A DNA stretch of 64,000 nt from Candidatus Bathyarchaeia archaeon (GTDB lineage Archaea; Thermoproteota; Bathyarchaeia; 40CM-2-53-6): NCBI GenBank assembly GCA_050013255.1, contig JBEKFP010000002.1, forward strand, positions 480,001-544,000, written 5' to 3'. Below are positions 46,272 to 56,488 of this stretch, piece by piece; the stretch's first letter is position 1, and each line of letters opens with the position of its first letter. Under the pieces are notes generated by a model. That model made no database searches. It had not been told where the DNA came from and was given only the letters and a program-made list of their open reading frames with translations. A program made the position numbers and the translations under genes.

Positions 46272-46952
46272 CTACTTGGGTACCTGGGTTTTCAGTTTCC
46301 TGATTTCTTGGTTTATCAGGTTCAGGGCGATTCGTGCGGTTGAGATTGCCTGATCCAGGGATTGTGAACTCTCAGCAGCCCAGATCTTAGCGGCACCTTG
46401 GGCGGTCTGTGCTCCGAGCTGGCTAAGGTAGAGGCTTCCGTTGTTTTCGAATACTAGGCCAGCACTCACGAGTCCCTTTACAGCGTCCGTCTCGTGCGAG
46501 GATAGTTGTAGGTCTCCCCGTTGTTTTGCAGTGTCCGCTGAGGTTGCATTGGTTCTCAAGAGCTTGACCAGAAGGCTCGGTCCAGCGGGCACGGTTTCTC
46601 CGAATTCGGACCTTGCCGATTCCTGTAGGTTGCGTAGTTGCTCTATTCTCGAGACTGCGTCAGTAACTGTCGTGAGGCTTTTGGTTATGCTAAGGAATGA
46701 TTGTACGACCGGGCTTTGCGGGTTCATTCGGTATAGGGTTACTGCGCCAACATGCCGCGAGGGTGCGATTGCTTTCATTCGTTCGAGGTCGTTCCACACT
46801 CGGTAGAGTGTCGTACGCCCAATTCCGGCCCGTTGCGCAATCTCGGTCTTCGTTAGCTCCTCTTGGGGTCGTTGCGCGAGGATTGTGAGGACTTTGAATT
46901 GCGGGCTCTTCGATAGTACTTCCATGAATGCGGTGGCTTCGTCTGCTGCCAT
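46272..46952 (-). CDS. Winged-HTH DNA-binding protein
   Basis: LTKTEIAQRAGIGRTTLYR; a second wHTH-like segment near the C-terminus. Confidence 0.8.
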   Translation of the reverse strand: MAADEATAFMEVLSKSPQFKVLTILAQRPQEELTKTEIAQRAGIGRTTLYRVWNDLERMKAIAPSRHVGAVTLYRMNPQSPVVQSFLSITKSLTTVTDAVSRIEQLRNLQESARSEFGETVPAGPSLLVKLLRTNATSADTAKQRGDLQLSSHETDAVKGLVSAGLVFENNGSLYLSQLGAQTAQGAAKIWAAESSQSLDQAISTARIALNLINQEIRKLKTQVPK

Positions 46953-47030
46953 GGACTTGTCAAGTCGAGTAAGGAAGTTGGATGGTATATTAATGTTCGC
47001 TTTCCCACACACCATAGTTTCATATGGAAG

Positions 47031-47342
47031 ATGGATAAATCAGAGGGTCCAACCATGCGACCTATGCCCGAACCGAACATGCTCTCCGAACTTGAGGAGA
47101 GAACCCTGTTAGCCATCTGGAAGCTCAAAGGGATAGGCAAGAATGGGGTCGAGGAGAGCAACCTCCAAACGGAATTGACGAATGAGACGCCTCAAAATCT
47201 AGCCGCTGCACTGGAGGCTCTTCAAAACCAGGGATTCATAGAGAAGGCGAATTCTAGCGATCGCAAATTCCTTTCCTTGACTCCACTCGGCTTGGCAATT
47301 TTGCGCAAGCTTGAGGAGGACAGGCTGCAAGAGCTGAAATGA
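47031..47342 (+). CDS. Small winged-helix protein
   Basis: ALEALQNQGFIE...LSLTPLGLAILR. Confidence 0.75.
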   Translation: MDKSEGPTMRPMPEPNMLSELEERTLLAIWKLKGIGKNGVEESNLQTELTNETPQNLAAALEALQNQGFIEKANSSDRKFLSLTPLGLAILRKLEEDRLQELK

Positions 47343-47642
47343 CACCAAGAAATCCCGTTCAATTTTATCAGAGCAGTCCAAGACTTTCAATCGTATAGAT
47401 TGAACAATAGATTGTGACACTCCACCGTTCTGATCAGAAGGAATGCCAGCTAACTCTGTGTCATGAGTTTGCCAAACACTAGCCATTGCCATTTCAAAGC
47501 CAATCGTTCACTCACACCTGGACCTTTTCTGACTATTTCGCTTGTGGATCGACCGAATCACAACCGCTAGATTATTGGGAGTGCTCCGCACGAAAACATT
47601 TACTGCGAGCTTGGCGTTATCTTTCACCTCGAAGGATTCCAA

Positions 47643-50600
47643 ATGAAGGGCAAGACTATATTCCATCGAAGAAAGAGCCCTCATGAGAAAGCAACCAAGC
47701 TCATGAGCGAAAAATCAAGGGGCAAACCACCCGGCTCTCTAACTCGAAGAAAACACGTGGGGAAAGCGCTACGAGAGTCTGAAGCCTACTATAGAATGAT
47801 TTTCGATAATGCGAACGATGCGATCTTCATACGGGACTTACACGGCCGTTTTCTTGAGGTTAACCAAGTTGCTTGTGATCGTTACGGCTACAGTCGAGAC
47901 GAGTTCCTCCAAATGAGTACCCGGAACATCAACAGCCCTGAAACTGAGGCGTTGACCGCCCAGCGGACTAAGGAACTTCTCAAGAAAAGCCATGAAATCG
48001 TCGAGTCTACTCACGTCCGTCGAGATGGAAAAATCATTCCAGTAGAAATGAGTAGGCGACTCATTACATTCAGAGGAAAGCAGGCTATACTGAGCATAGC
48101 CCGTGACATCACAGAACGCACACGTATGGAGAAAGCGCTCCAGGAGAGTGAGGAGAAGTATCGGGCGATTGTTGAGAATTCGCCCAACATGATCGGTATT
48201 TTCCAGGACGGAGTGCTGAAGTACATCAACAATGTTGCAATCCTCAGGTTAGGTTGGACTTACGAAGAGCTAATATCACCTTCTTTTGACCCAATAGAGA
48301 ACGTCGTGTCGCAGAAATCTAAGAGTTTGCTAAAGGAAAACGTTGGCAAGAGGCTGCGTGGCGAAGACGTCGCTCCTTATGAGATAACCCTGACCAGGAA
48401 GGACGATTCAGAAGTCCCAGTCTTGGTTAGAGGAACGAAAATCATTTACAATCAGAAACCAGCTATTGAGTTCGTTTTCGACGATATTACTGAACGCAAA
48501 ACAGCTGAGCAGATGCTCCGGCTTAGAAGCGAAATAGTAGAAACCATCCTAGAAGGGCTTCTCCTCATCCGGGCCTCCGACGGAATGATTGTCTATGCCA
48601 ACCCGCAAATTGAGAAAATGTTCGGGTATGATTCAGGCGAGTTAATTGGAAAGAACATAACAACAACCAACGCTCCAACAAATGGCCAAAGCCCCGAAGA
48701 TGTTGCCAAAGAAATCGAGGAGCATCTAAGGAGACTTGGAAGATGGAGCGGAGAGGTTCTAAACAAGAAGAAAGATGGAACGCCTTTCTGGTGTCGATCT
48801 AACTTGTCGACGTTAAAGTCTTCCGAGTATGGTACGATTTGGATTTCCGTTAAGGAAGACATCACTGAACGCAAACTTGCGGAGAATACGCTGACGAGGA
48901 GCGAGAAACGCTTCCGTGAAGCAATGGAAGCCACGAATGATGGGTTATGGGATTGGAACGTTGAAACTGGCGAGACGTACAACAGTCCAGCCTACTATCG
49001 AATGCTCGGCTATGAACCGGGCGATTTCTCCAATAACATACAATTTTGGTTGGACCACATCCATCCTGAGGATCGGACCCAAGCCGTCAAGGTTAACCAA
49101 GATTGCATAGAGAACCGAGCCTCGAACTTCGAAGTAGAATTCCGCATGAGAACTAAGAGCGGCGGCTGGAAATGGATTCTAGGCCGAGGAAGAACAAGCG
49201 CCCGAGACGCCAATGGTCGAGCACTCCGAATGATCGGAACCCATCAGGATATCACCGAACGCAGGAGGGCCGATGAGAAGCTTCGTCAATCGGTAGAGCG
49301 TTACCAGTCTCTCTTCGGTCGGATGCTTGATGGAATGTACCGTAGCACGCACGAGGGTCGATTTGTTGATGTCAATACGGCTTTTGTAAAGATGTTTGGA
49401 TTTACAAGCAAGCAAGAAATGTTGGACATTACGGACATCAAGAAAGAACTGTATTTCTCACCCGAAGAACGCGGCAGCCATCTGCTGGATACAGGTCAAG
49501 AAGAAGTGGAAGCATACCGCATGAGGCGAAAGGATGGGTCCGAGATCTGGGTAGAAGACCATGGCCATTATGTTCACGACAAACAGGGGAACATCATTTA
49601 CCACGAGGGAATACTGCGCGACATAACCGAACGCAGGTTGATTGAGCAGAGGCTCCGATTTCGAGGCGAGATTGTAGAGAACATTTCCGAGGGCGTTGCC
49701 GGTATTCGAGTCAGCGATGGCGTGATCGTATATACCAATCCACGTTTTGAGGAAATGCTTGGATATGGTTTAGGCGAGTTGATCGGGAAGAACATAGCGA
49801 CCGTGAACGCTCCAGTTAATGGCAAAAGACCTGCGGAGATCGCAGCAGGAATCATTAGGCGTCTTGGGGAATCACGTAGATGGAGTGGAGAGATTCAAAA
49901 TATCAAGAAAGATGGCACTCCTATCTGGTGCCGAGCCAGCGTGTCGACGTTAGAATCCTCTGAATACGGAAGGATTTGGGTAGCGACACATGAGGACATC
50001 ACTCAACGCAAGCAGATGGAGGAGACACTGAGTCGCCGGGCTGAAGAGCTACAGGCGCTTCAGGCAACCGTCCTCGACATTACTCGTCAACAAGACCTGC
50101 CCACGCTGCTCAACGCCATCGTGGAACGAGCTGCAGGACTGTTCGGCGCTCCCAGCGGAGGAATGTATCTTTGTGATCCTGACAGGCAGGAAGTGCGTTG
50201 TGTGATCAGTTACAACACTCGAATAGACACTGTCGGGACAGTGCTCAAGTATGGCGAAGGTGCGGCAGGGACAGTGGCGCAAAATGGGAAACCCCTGATC
50301 ATTGAGGACTATCGCACATGGACGGGGCGTGCAGCTGCCTATGAGAAAGACCAACCTTTCAGCGCTGTCCTTAGCGCACCCATGATCTGGCAAAGTCAAG
50401 TTATCGGAGTCATCCACGTCCTAGACGATAATGAAGCACGGCATTTCACGGAATCCGATCTCAGGTTGCTCGAACTCTTCGCCAACCACGCCGCGATTGC
50501 TATCGAGAACGACCGCCATTCCGAGAACCTGGAACGCATGGTTGCGGAAAGAACTTCCAAATTGGCCGACAGCCAACATCAGCTTCAACTCATGGCAGAC

Positions 50601-51623
50601 TCCTTACCAGCGCTGATAAGCTACATTGATCCACAACAGAGGTACAGATTCAACAACAAGGCATACGAAGAATGGTTTGGCCAGTCGCCCAACGAGATTC
50701 TCGGACGACCTGTTAGAGAGGTATTGGGAGACAATGGCTACGAGAGAACTCACGGGCGGATGGAAGCCGCACTATTGGGAGCGAGACAGTCCTTCGAATA
50801 TGAGCTAACGTCAAAATCGGGCACGCGACAAATCAGCGCCACCTACATTCCAGACTTCGGAGAACAGGAACAAGTCAAAGGAGTTTTTGTTCTGGGCATT
50901 GACATTACGGAACGCAAAAAGATGGAGGAGCGTCTTCTCAAGGCTGAGCGACTCGCTGCAATCGGCGAGACAGCGGCAATGGTTGGCCACGATCTTCGCA
51001 ACCCACTACAAGCAATTTCTGTAGCAGCATATGTCTTGGAGAAGAGGCTAGGCCCAGAAGCGGACATGCAGACCAGGGAGATGCTCGAATCTGTCAAGAA
51101 CAGTGTCTCCTACTCGGACAGGATCGTAGAGGATCTGTTAGAGTACTCTGAAGAGACACGATTGGAGCTCTCAGAAACAACCCCCAAAACCATCGCGTTA
51201 GAAGCATTGCTCAACGTGAGAATTCCGGATAACATTTCTGTTTCAAATTTGACATCAGACGAGCCGAAGATACGAATCGACCCTGTAAAGATCCGGCGTT
51301 TGTTCCTTAACCTTATCGAGAATGCAGTTGATTCTATGCCTGACGGCGGCAAACTTACGATAATTAGCAACAAGTCAAATAACTATGTCGAACTCAAGTT
51401 TATCGATACGGGAGTAGGTGTTTCTGAACATGTGTTGCGTGAACTCTGGAAACCTTTCATCACCACGAAGCCCAAAGGAATGGGGTTAGGCTTGGCTATC
51501 TGCAAACGGATTACGGAAGCACATGGCGGTTCCATTTCCCTGGACACTAGGAAGGGTGAAGGCACGACCTTCACCGTGAGACTTCCTCTTACAGCGAACC
51601 ACGAAGGAGACAAGAACGCATGA
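47643..51623 (+). CDS. Cytoplasmic sensor histidine kinase: 7 PAS, GAF, HisKA, HATPase
   Basis: Repeated DITERK linkers, GHDLRNPL H-box, NLIENA, DTGVG, GMGLGL; no TM segment. Confidence 0.96.
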   Translation: MKGKTIFHRRKSPHEKATKLMSEKSRGKPPGSLTRRKHVGKALRESEAYYRMIFDNANDAIFIRDLHGRFLEVNQVACDRYGYSRDEFLQMSTRNINSPETEALTAQRTKELLKKSHEIVESTHVRRDGKIIPVEMSRRLITFRGKQAILSIARDITERTRMEKALQESEEKYRAIVENSPNMIGIFQDGVLKYINNVAILRLGWTYEELISPSFDPIENVVSQKSKSLLKENVGKRLRGEDVAPYEITLTRKDDSEVPVLVRGTKIIYNQKPAIEFVFDDITERKTAEQMLRLRSEIVETILEGLLLIRASDGMIVYANPQIEKMFGYDSGELIGKNITTTNAPTNGQSPEDVAKEIEEHLRRLGRWSGEVLNKKKDGTPFWCRSNLSTLKSSEYGTIWISVKEDITERKLAENTLTRSEKRFREAMEATNDGLWDWNVETGETYNSPAYYRMLGYEPGDFSNNIQFWLDHIHPEDRTQAVKVNQDCIENRASNFEVEFRMRTKSGGWKWILGRGRTSARDANGRALRMIGTHQDITERRRADEKLRQSVERYQSLFGRMLDGMYRSTHEGRFVDVNTAFVKMFGFTSKQEMLDITDIKKELYFSPEERGSHLLDTGQEEVEAYRMRRKDGSEIWVEDHGHYVHDKQGNIIYHEGILRDITERRLIEQRLRFRGEIVENISEGVAGIRVSDGVIVYTNPRFEEMLGYGLGELIGKNIATVNAPVNGKRPAEIAAGIIRRLGESRRWSGEIQNIKKDGTPIWCRASVSTLESSEYGRIWVATHEDITQRKQMEETLSRRAEELQALQATVLDITRQQDLPTLLNAIVERAAGLFGAPSGGMYLCDPDRQEVRCVISYNTRIDTVGTVLKYGEGAAGTVAQNGKPLIIEDYRTWTGRAAAYEKDQPFSAVLSAPMIWQSQVIGVIHVLDDNEARHFTESDLRLLELFANHAAIAIENDRHSENLERMVAERTSKLADSQHQLQLMADSLPALISYIDPQQRYRFNNKAYEEWFGQSPNEILGRPVREVLGDNGYERTHGRMEAALLGARQSFEYELTSKSGTRQISATYIPDFGEQEQVKGVFVLGIDITERKKMEERLLKAERLAAIGETAAMVGHDLRNPLQAISVAAYVLEKRLGPEADMQTREMLESVKNSVSYSDRIVEDLLEYSEETRLELSETTPKTIALEALLNVRIPDNISVSNLTSDEPKIRIDPVKIRRLFLNLIENAVDSMPDGGKLTIISNKSNNYVELKFIDTGVGVSEHVLRELWKPFITTKPKGMGLGLAICKRITEAHGGSISLDTRKGEGTTFTVRLPLTANHEGDKNA

Positions 51624-52099
51624 GCAGCGTGGCTAGAATTCTTGTCATCGATGATGATCGCGAGATTCTGAAGACATTCTCTGCAGCGCTAAAGGGAACT
51701 GGGTATGTGGTCGAAACTGCGGAGACTGGGAAAGACGCGATTGAGAAAGCTAAGGCAAACTTCTACAACCTGGCTCTCATAGACATTCGCCTCCCAGACA
51801 TGGAAGGCATCGAACTGCTAACGGCCCTAGTAGAGACAACTCCGAAGATGGTCAAGATCATTGTGACCGGATACCCGAGCCTGCAGAATGCAGTTGAAGC
51901 AGTCAACAAGGGTGCCGACGGCTACATAATCAAACCCGCAAATATGGCCGACCTGCTGACGAAAGTGAAACAACACTTAGAGAAACAAGAGAAAGCAAAA
52001 CGATACGACCAAGAAAAGATCAAAGAATTCATCGAGACCCGTATCAAAGAATCAGATACAAGAGAGAACGTTTCGCCGTCGAAGAGAAGCGATGGCTAA
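51620..52099 (+). CDS. Response regulator (REC only)
   Basis: ILVIDDD, LIDIRLPD, VTG, YIIKP; ATGA coupling to the kinase. Confidence 0.95.
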   Translation: MSSVARILVIDDDREILKTFSAALKGTGYVVETAETGKDAIEKAKANFYNLALIDIRLPDMEGIELLTALVETTPKMVKIIVTGYPSLQNAVEAVNKGADGYIIKPANMADLLTKVKQHLEKQEKAKRYDQEKIKEFIETRIKESDTRENVSPSKRSDG

Positions 52100-52207
52100 G
52101 CAGCGTAATTAGCATTCGAATTAAAGTTTAGGAACAATCCGAGTAGAAGACTCTGATTCAAAGCGCTTCCAAAACCAAACATTAAGTGAAGGGGGTCAAA
52201 CCCGTCA

Positions 52208-52540
52208 GTGACTTCTGACAGGAAGCCTTTGAGCTTCAACGAGATTGTTTCCCATTGCGTGAAAGAGGGCTTAACGGAGGCACTTGGCAGTATTATCGTT
52301 GATGCATTGTTCGATCAGATGTACGAGCACTATGACATTACCTTAGAGAATCTGCCCAACCGCCTCGACACATTTTTCTCAGTTTTGGAAGGTGCGTTTG
52401 GCCAGAAGGTCAGCCAAGTCTTGGGCAGAGTTATCGCAAGAAGACTGTATGCTTACCTGTCACTTGAATTCGTTGAAAGCCCTACGAAGGGGCTTCCTGA
52501 ATATGTTGAAGAAATAAGAAAGAAACTTGCCAAGTCATAA
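52208..52540 (+). CDS. DUF3227/NitrOD5-like small helical protein
   Basis: ENLPNRLDTFFSVLEGAFG...IARRLY pattern, located next to REC. Confidence 0.6.
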   Translation: MTSDRKPLSFNEIVSHCVKEGLTEALGSIIVDALFDQMYEHYDITLENLPNRLDTFFSVLEGAFGQKVSQVLGRVIARRLYAYLSLEFVESPTKGLPEYVEEIRKKLAKS

Positions 52541-53050
52541 TCGCATGAAAGGAAGAGAGAGAAGTTTATCGGTTTTCCCAACTTGACAGGAGATTGAAAA
52601 ATGCTATGGGACATTTGCATACCAAAGGAGGAGATGTGAACTGTGGTTTTCGTGTGTGCGCGCACCACTGGGCTCGTCAGTTGCACTCGTTTCGTACGAG
52701 TGTCTTCAACTCGACCCCTCAGCGATGCTTGTTCATTGTCCCTCAAAGCCCAATGCTAGGCTGATGTATCCCCAAAGCCAGTGCAACTTGATTGGATAAC
52801 TTGAATAGCACCAACCCCCTAGGGTCCCCAAACTGAAGGAAATATCGGACATTAGCACCAGAAGTTTTCCCAATTGCTCTGCAATCAAGTATACTAGGGC
52901 GACAGCAATTGCGTAGGCTCACTGCACTGATGTATCTTCGTTCCATCGGATCACCTACATCACGAAAGATCGGTAAGGAATAGCTGGCCGCTTCCTTTCG
53001 AGCCATGTCTCGACTTTGGACAGAGCTTTCTGATCTTGCTCCTTCGCCTT

Positions 53051-53455
53051 CTACTTGCTTTGATCCTGTTCTTGCAGCTCGGCCTTCTTTCTGTTTAGCC
53101 AGCTGAGGAATTGGAATAAAGCTTCGTTGTCCTTCTCCATCGAAACGTCTAGAATCTGAGAACCAAGACGAGCAAAGACGTGAATTACGAGAGCGTAATG
53201 CACCACGACATCTTCGACTTCCTTCAAGTACTTGGAATATTTCTCGGCCACACCTAACACTGTGAGTGGACCTAACGTAATGAACTCTTCATCAACCTCA
53301 GTTGGCGTATGCGACCTAACATTAGGGCGCATCTGGTTCAGTACTACCTCTCCACCCGCCGTTGTCAATCCCACCCAACGTATCTTGTTGCTTACGGCGA
53401 AGACTTCTTCTAAACGTAAAACAGGGCGCACAAATGTCACTCCTTTGACTTCCAC
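53051..53455 (-). CDS. Roadblock/DUF6659-like small sensor protein
   Basis: KIRWVGLTT..G, MRPNV..., VVVHY pattern. Confidence 0.6.
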   Translation of the reverse strand: MEVKGVTFVRPVLRLEEVFAVSNKIRWVGLTTAGGEVVLNQMRPNVRSHTPTEVDEEFITLGPLTVLGVAEKYSKYLKEVEDVVVHYALVIHVFARLGSQILDVSMEKDNEALFQFLSWLNRKKAELQEQDQSK

Positions 53456-53928
53456 ATTAGACTGGCTTTCAGTTGATTCCTCTCCTGATCATAAGTCAAA
53501 CTCGCTACCTCCAGGTCCCGACCGAGCAACGCACCTAACGCTCCACGCCACCAAGAGACAAGGAACGCTCTATGGGCTCCGATATTTCCTTTCACGCTGG
53601 GATTCGATATCTCCAGCAAGATTGGGTCGAGAGCGGATGGAGTTGGAGGGATCGTTACCTGAGTGATACCTGCCCCTGACATGGATTCCGACACAGCGAG
53701 GAAATCGATGATTTCGTTAACAGAGGCTCCCGGTCTCTCCTTCCGGATGTTTTCCGCATCAAGTTTTCCGAGGCGGGATTCCAAATTATTCATTATGACT
53801 TCTGCTACTTGTTGACCCACCAGGGAGTTAAGATGGTCACAAAGGGCTTGTGCATCAATTGCCGTATGACGCTTCCCGTTGATGATGAGCTCCCCTTTCT
53901 CCTTGTCCCACCACGTTTCCTCACTCAT
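53437..53928 (-). CDS. V4R/4VR-like ligand-binding protein
   Basis: KGELIINGKRH, GAG..., WWRGALGALLG; start at ATG 53928. Confidence 0.65.
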   Translation of the reverse strand: MSEETWWDKEKGELIINGKRHTAIDAQALCDHLNSLVGQQVAEVIMNNLESRLGKLDAENIRKERPGASVNEIIDFLAVSESMSGAGITQVTIPPTPSALDPILLEISNPSVKGNIGAHRAFLVSWWRGALGALLGRDLEVASLTYDQERNQLKASLMWKSKE

Positions 53929-53929
53929 T

Positions 53930-54187
53930 AAGACGCCATGCTCCTTACGTTTCTTACTCCAGTTCATGGGTGTCTTAGCTGCAGATCGATGAAAGCGGGT
54001 AGTTGAACCGCGCCCCGCATGACTTCTCATAGTCCAATATCGCCTTATGGTTGGCGTATTGCGTTAGCATTACCTTCAGGTATGCGCCAAAGACCCCAGC
54101 CCGATCTTGCGGGTTCTCATACAGGAAGACGGCGTGGTCTCTAAGCGATAACCCACGCACGTATTCCTCGACCGCTGTGATGACCAA
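53930..54187 (-). pseudogene. MEDS-domain gene remnant
   Basis: DHAVFLYE joined directly to ILDYE...ICS*D (internal deletion, with TAA where Tyr is expected) and further stops. Confidence 0.6.
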
Positions 54188-54842
54188 TGCCTACAACAGT
54201 CCGCGTAATACGTATGACAGTTCGTGTAATATGCATGCTGTCACCCGGCACCATCGTTCGTCGACTAGGCGTTTTCGAAATAGTCTTCGCCTAGGTTCTA
54301 ACAGCACTTGGAAAGGCCCGACCTAGAGCCAACACATGGTCCTACTGCTTGCCCCGCTCTTGCTACAATGAGAGAATTATCGTTTGGAGAGATTAGTCAA
54401 CGCCCAGCCTCAACCAACAAAACTAATTGGTACAGACAAGAATTTGTACTTCTGGATTCGGAATGAAACCGCTCCAATAGCGGAAAGGGGCTGATTGGAC
54501 GTGGGAATCGTGTGTAGATTAATGATGAATTCTTTAACTTCAGAGCGATCACAGATTCTCATCTAGTTTGTATCGTTGGAAGGAGACTCGGGCGTCGCCC
54601 GGGACGAGACACTTGTTATGTTCTTGTCCTGAACAAATTTAGCGTTCTGCAACATAGAAAGAAAAGGCACCCATGAAAGAGAACATGAGACTCTCAACAC
54701 ACTCCCCCACTCGTTTCCATTGTAATTCATAGGAGCTCTGCAGAAAAACAAAGCAGCAAAACCCAAATGCCAAGGCACAAGGCACTCCCGAAGGTTTAAT
54801 GGATGGAGATCTTCAAGCGGTTTGGAAGTGGACTGCGTACGC

Positions 54843-55092
54843 GAAAATGATGTGTCCATTAAGTGCAGAGCGCCCTCAGCCGGCGCTGTGATGTTTCGAC
54901 GGGCAGACTGATTCATTATCTCCCGTCGACTACCCCCTCGGAGATTCTCAGCCAATTTAACAGGAAAATTGCGTCCCTTAAGTGGGGAAAAGTGGTCATG
55001 GAAGATAACGCGTCCTTTAAGTTCAGAGCGCTCTCAGCCGGCGCAGTGATGGCATTCGACGGGCAGACTGAATCCCATTCTCTCCCGTCGAA
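54843..55092 (+). repeat. Tandem duplicated structured element (54843-54929 and 55001-55092; partial copy 54964-54984)
   Basis: Shared core CAGAGCGCYCTCAGCCGGCGCWGTGATG..TTCGACGGGCAGACTGA...TCTCCCGTCGA. Confidence 0.9.
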
Positions 55093-55189
55093 CCCGTATA
55101 CCGAAGGGTCCCGGTCACATGAACTACCCCTGCCGTGAATTGTGTCAAAGCTTAAATTTGCATCTCGAGCCTCGTCATGGGGAAACTGT

Positions 55190-56446
55190 GTGACGTGCAC
55201 TGTAGTCGTCGGAGCGCAGTTCGGCGACGAGGGAAAAGGGCGAATTATAGATTACCTCGCTGCCCAAGCCGATTTTGTTGTTAGGTTTCAGGGGGGCAAT
55301 AATGCGGGGCATACGGTGGTGAATGATTTTGGCACATTCAGGCTTCACCTGGTTCCGTCCGGAATCTTCTATCCTCGGGTTGTTTGCATAGACGGGGCAG
55401 GAACGGTAATTGACCCGTCCTCCCTGATAGAGGAAATTGAGACGTTAGAGAAAGCCGGAGTTAAGACCAACAACCTCTGGATTGACAGAAGGGCACATAT
55501 CGTCTGGCCTTACCACCGACTCCTTGACGGGGCAGGCGAGCAGAAGGGCGGCCTTGGGACAACTCGCCGCGGCATCGGGCCCGTATACGGCGACAAGGCG
55601 GCTTACCGAGGCATTCGAGTGGGGGACCTTTTACATCTCGACTTCCTGCAAACAAGATTGAAGGCGGTTCTTCCCCTCAAGAACCACGAATTGGCGTACT
55701 ATGGCCTGAAGCCGCTTCAACTTGAGGACCTCATACAGCAAGCCAAGGAGTGGAGCGATAAACTGGGAGCGAGGATCGTTGATTCGCTTCCGATCTTGCA
55801 CGAAGCACTCTCAAAGGGGCGGAAAGTCCTGCTCGAAGGACAATTGGGTGCAATGCGAGACCTTGACTGGGGAATTTACCCTTACAGCACCGCTTCATCG
55901 CCTACCGCTGGCGGTGCCTGTGCCGGCGCCGGCGTATCGCCCCGTTCAATTGAGAGAATTGTTGGTGTTGTGAAAGCGTACACAACGGCAGTTGGGGGCG
56001 GTCCATTTCCCACAGAACTCTTTGACAAAGACGGAGACCGTCTCCGCGAAATCGGCGACGAATACGGGGCAACCACTCAGCGGCCTCGACGGTGCGGCTG
56101 GTTAGATGCGGTTATCCTCCGCCATGCCGTATCACTAAATGATATCACAAGTCTTGCAGTCACGAAACTTGACGTTCTAGACTCATTGGAGAAGGTGAAG
56201 GTTTGCACTGCTTATCGTCTTGATGGAAAGGAAATAACGGAAATGCCGGACACAGTGAACCTTGGAAGAGTGCAACCTATCTACGAAGAATGGGCAGGCT
56301 GGAAAAAGCCAACAACGAGCGTCAGAAAGTGGGATGACCTTCCAAAGGCAGCGCAAGATTACCTGAAGCGTATCGAAGAACTGACTAAGGTGCAAATTCA
56401 GTATGTGTCCGTTGGCCCTGAACGAGAAAACATCGTAATACTCTAA
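55190..56446 (+). CDS. purA: Adenylosuccinate synthetase
   Basis: GAQFGDEGKG, GGNNAGHT, GTTRRGIGP, RRCGWLD. Confidence 0.98.
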   Translation: MTCTVVVGAQFGDEGKGRIIDYLAAQADFVVRFQGGNNAGHTVVNDFGTFRLHLVPSGIFYPRVVCIDGAGTVIDPSSLIEEIETLEKAGVKTNNLWIDRRAHIVWPYHRLLDGAGEQKGGLGTTRRGIGPVYGDKAAYRGIRVGDLLHLDFLQTRLKAVLPLKNHELAYYGLKPLQLEDLIQQAKEWSDKLGARIVDSLPILHEALSKGRKVLLEGQLGAMRDLDWGIYPYSTASSPTAGGACAGAGVSPRSIERIVGVVKAYTTAVGGGPFPTELFDKDGDRLREIGDEYGATTQRPRRCGWLDAVILRHAVSLNDITSLAVTKLDVLDSLEKVKVCTAYRLDGKEITEMPDTVNLGRVQPIYEEWAGWKKPTTSVRKWDDLPKAAQDYLKRIEELTKVQIQYVSVGPERENIVIL

Positions 56447-56488
56447 GCTGGACTAAAGGGGGATCTAGAAGGTAGTTCTAGGTAGTGA

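Noticed and set aside
53051-53053. Genome-wide TAG recoding (pyrrolysine)
   Set aside because: Many conserved genes here (asnS, pyrG, KaiC) end normally at TAG
55093-55150. Purine-riboswitch-like words (CGTATA, CTACC, CCGTGAA) just upstream of purA
   Set aside because: P1 and P3 cannot pair, and the L2 AUAUGG and GUUUCUAC core are missing
54563-55200. ORFs overlapping the tandem repeat (130, 91 and 94 aa)
   Set aside because: Differences between repeat copies are non-synonymous and frameshifting; no protein motifs
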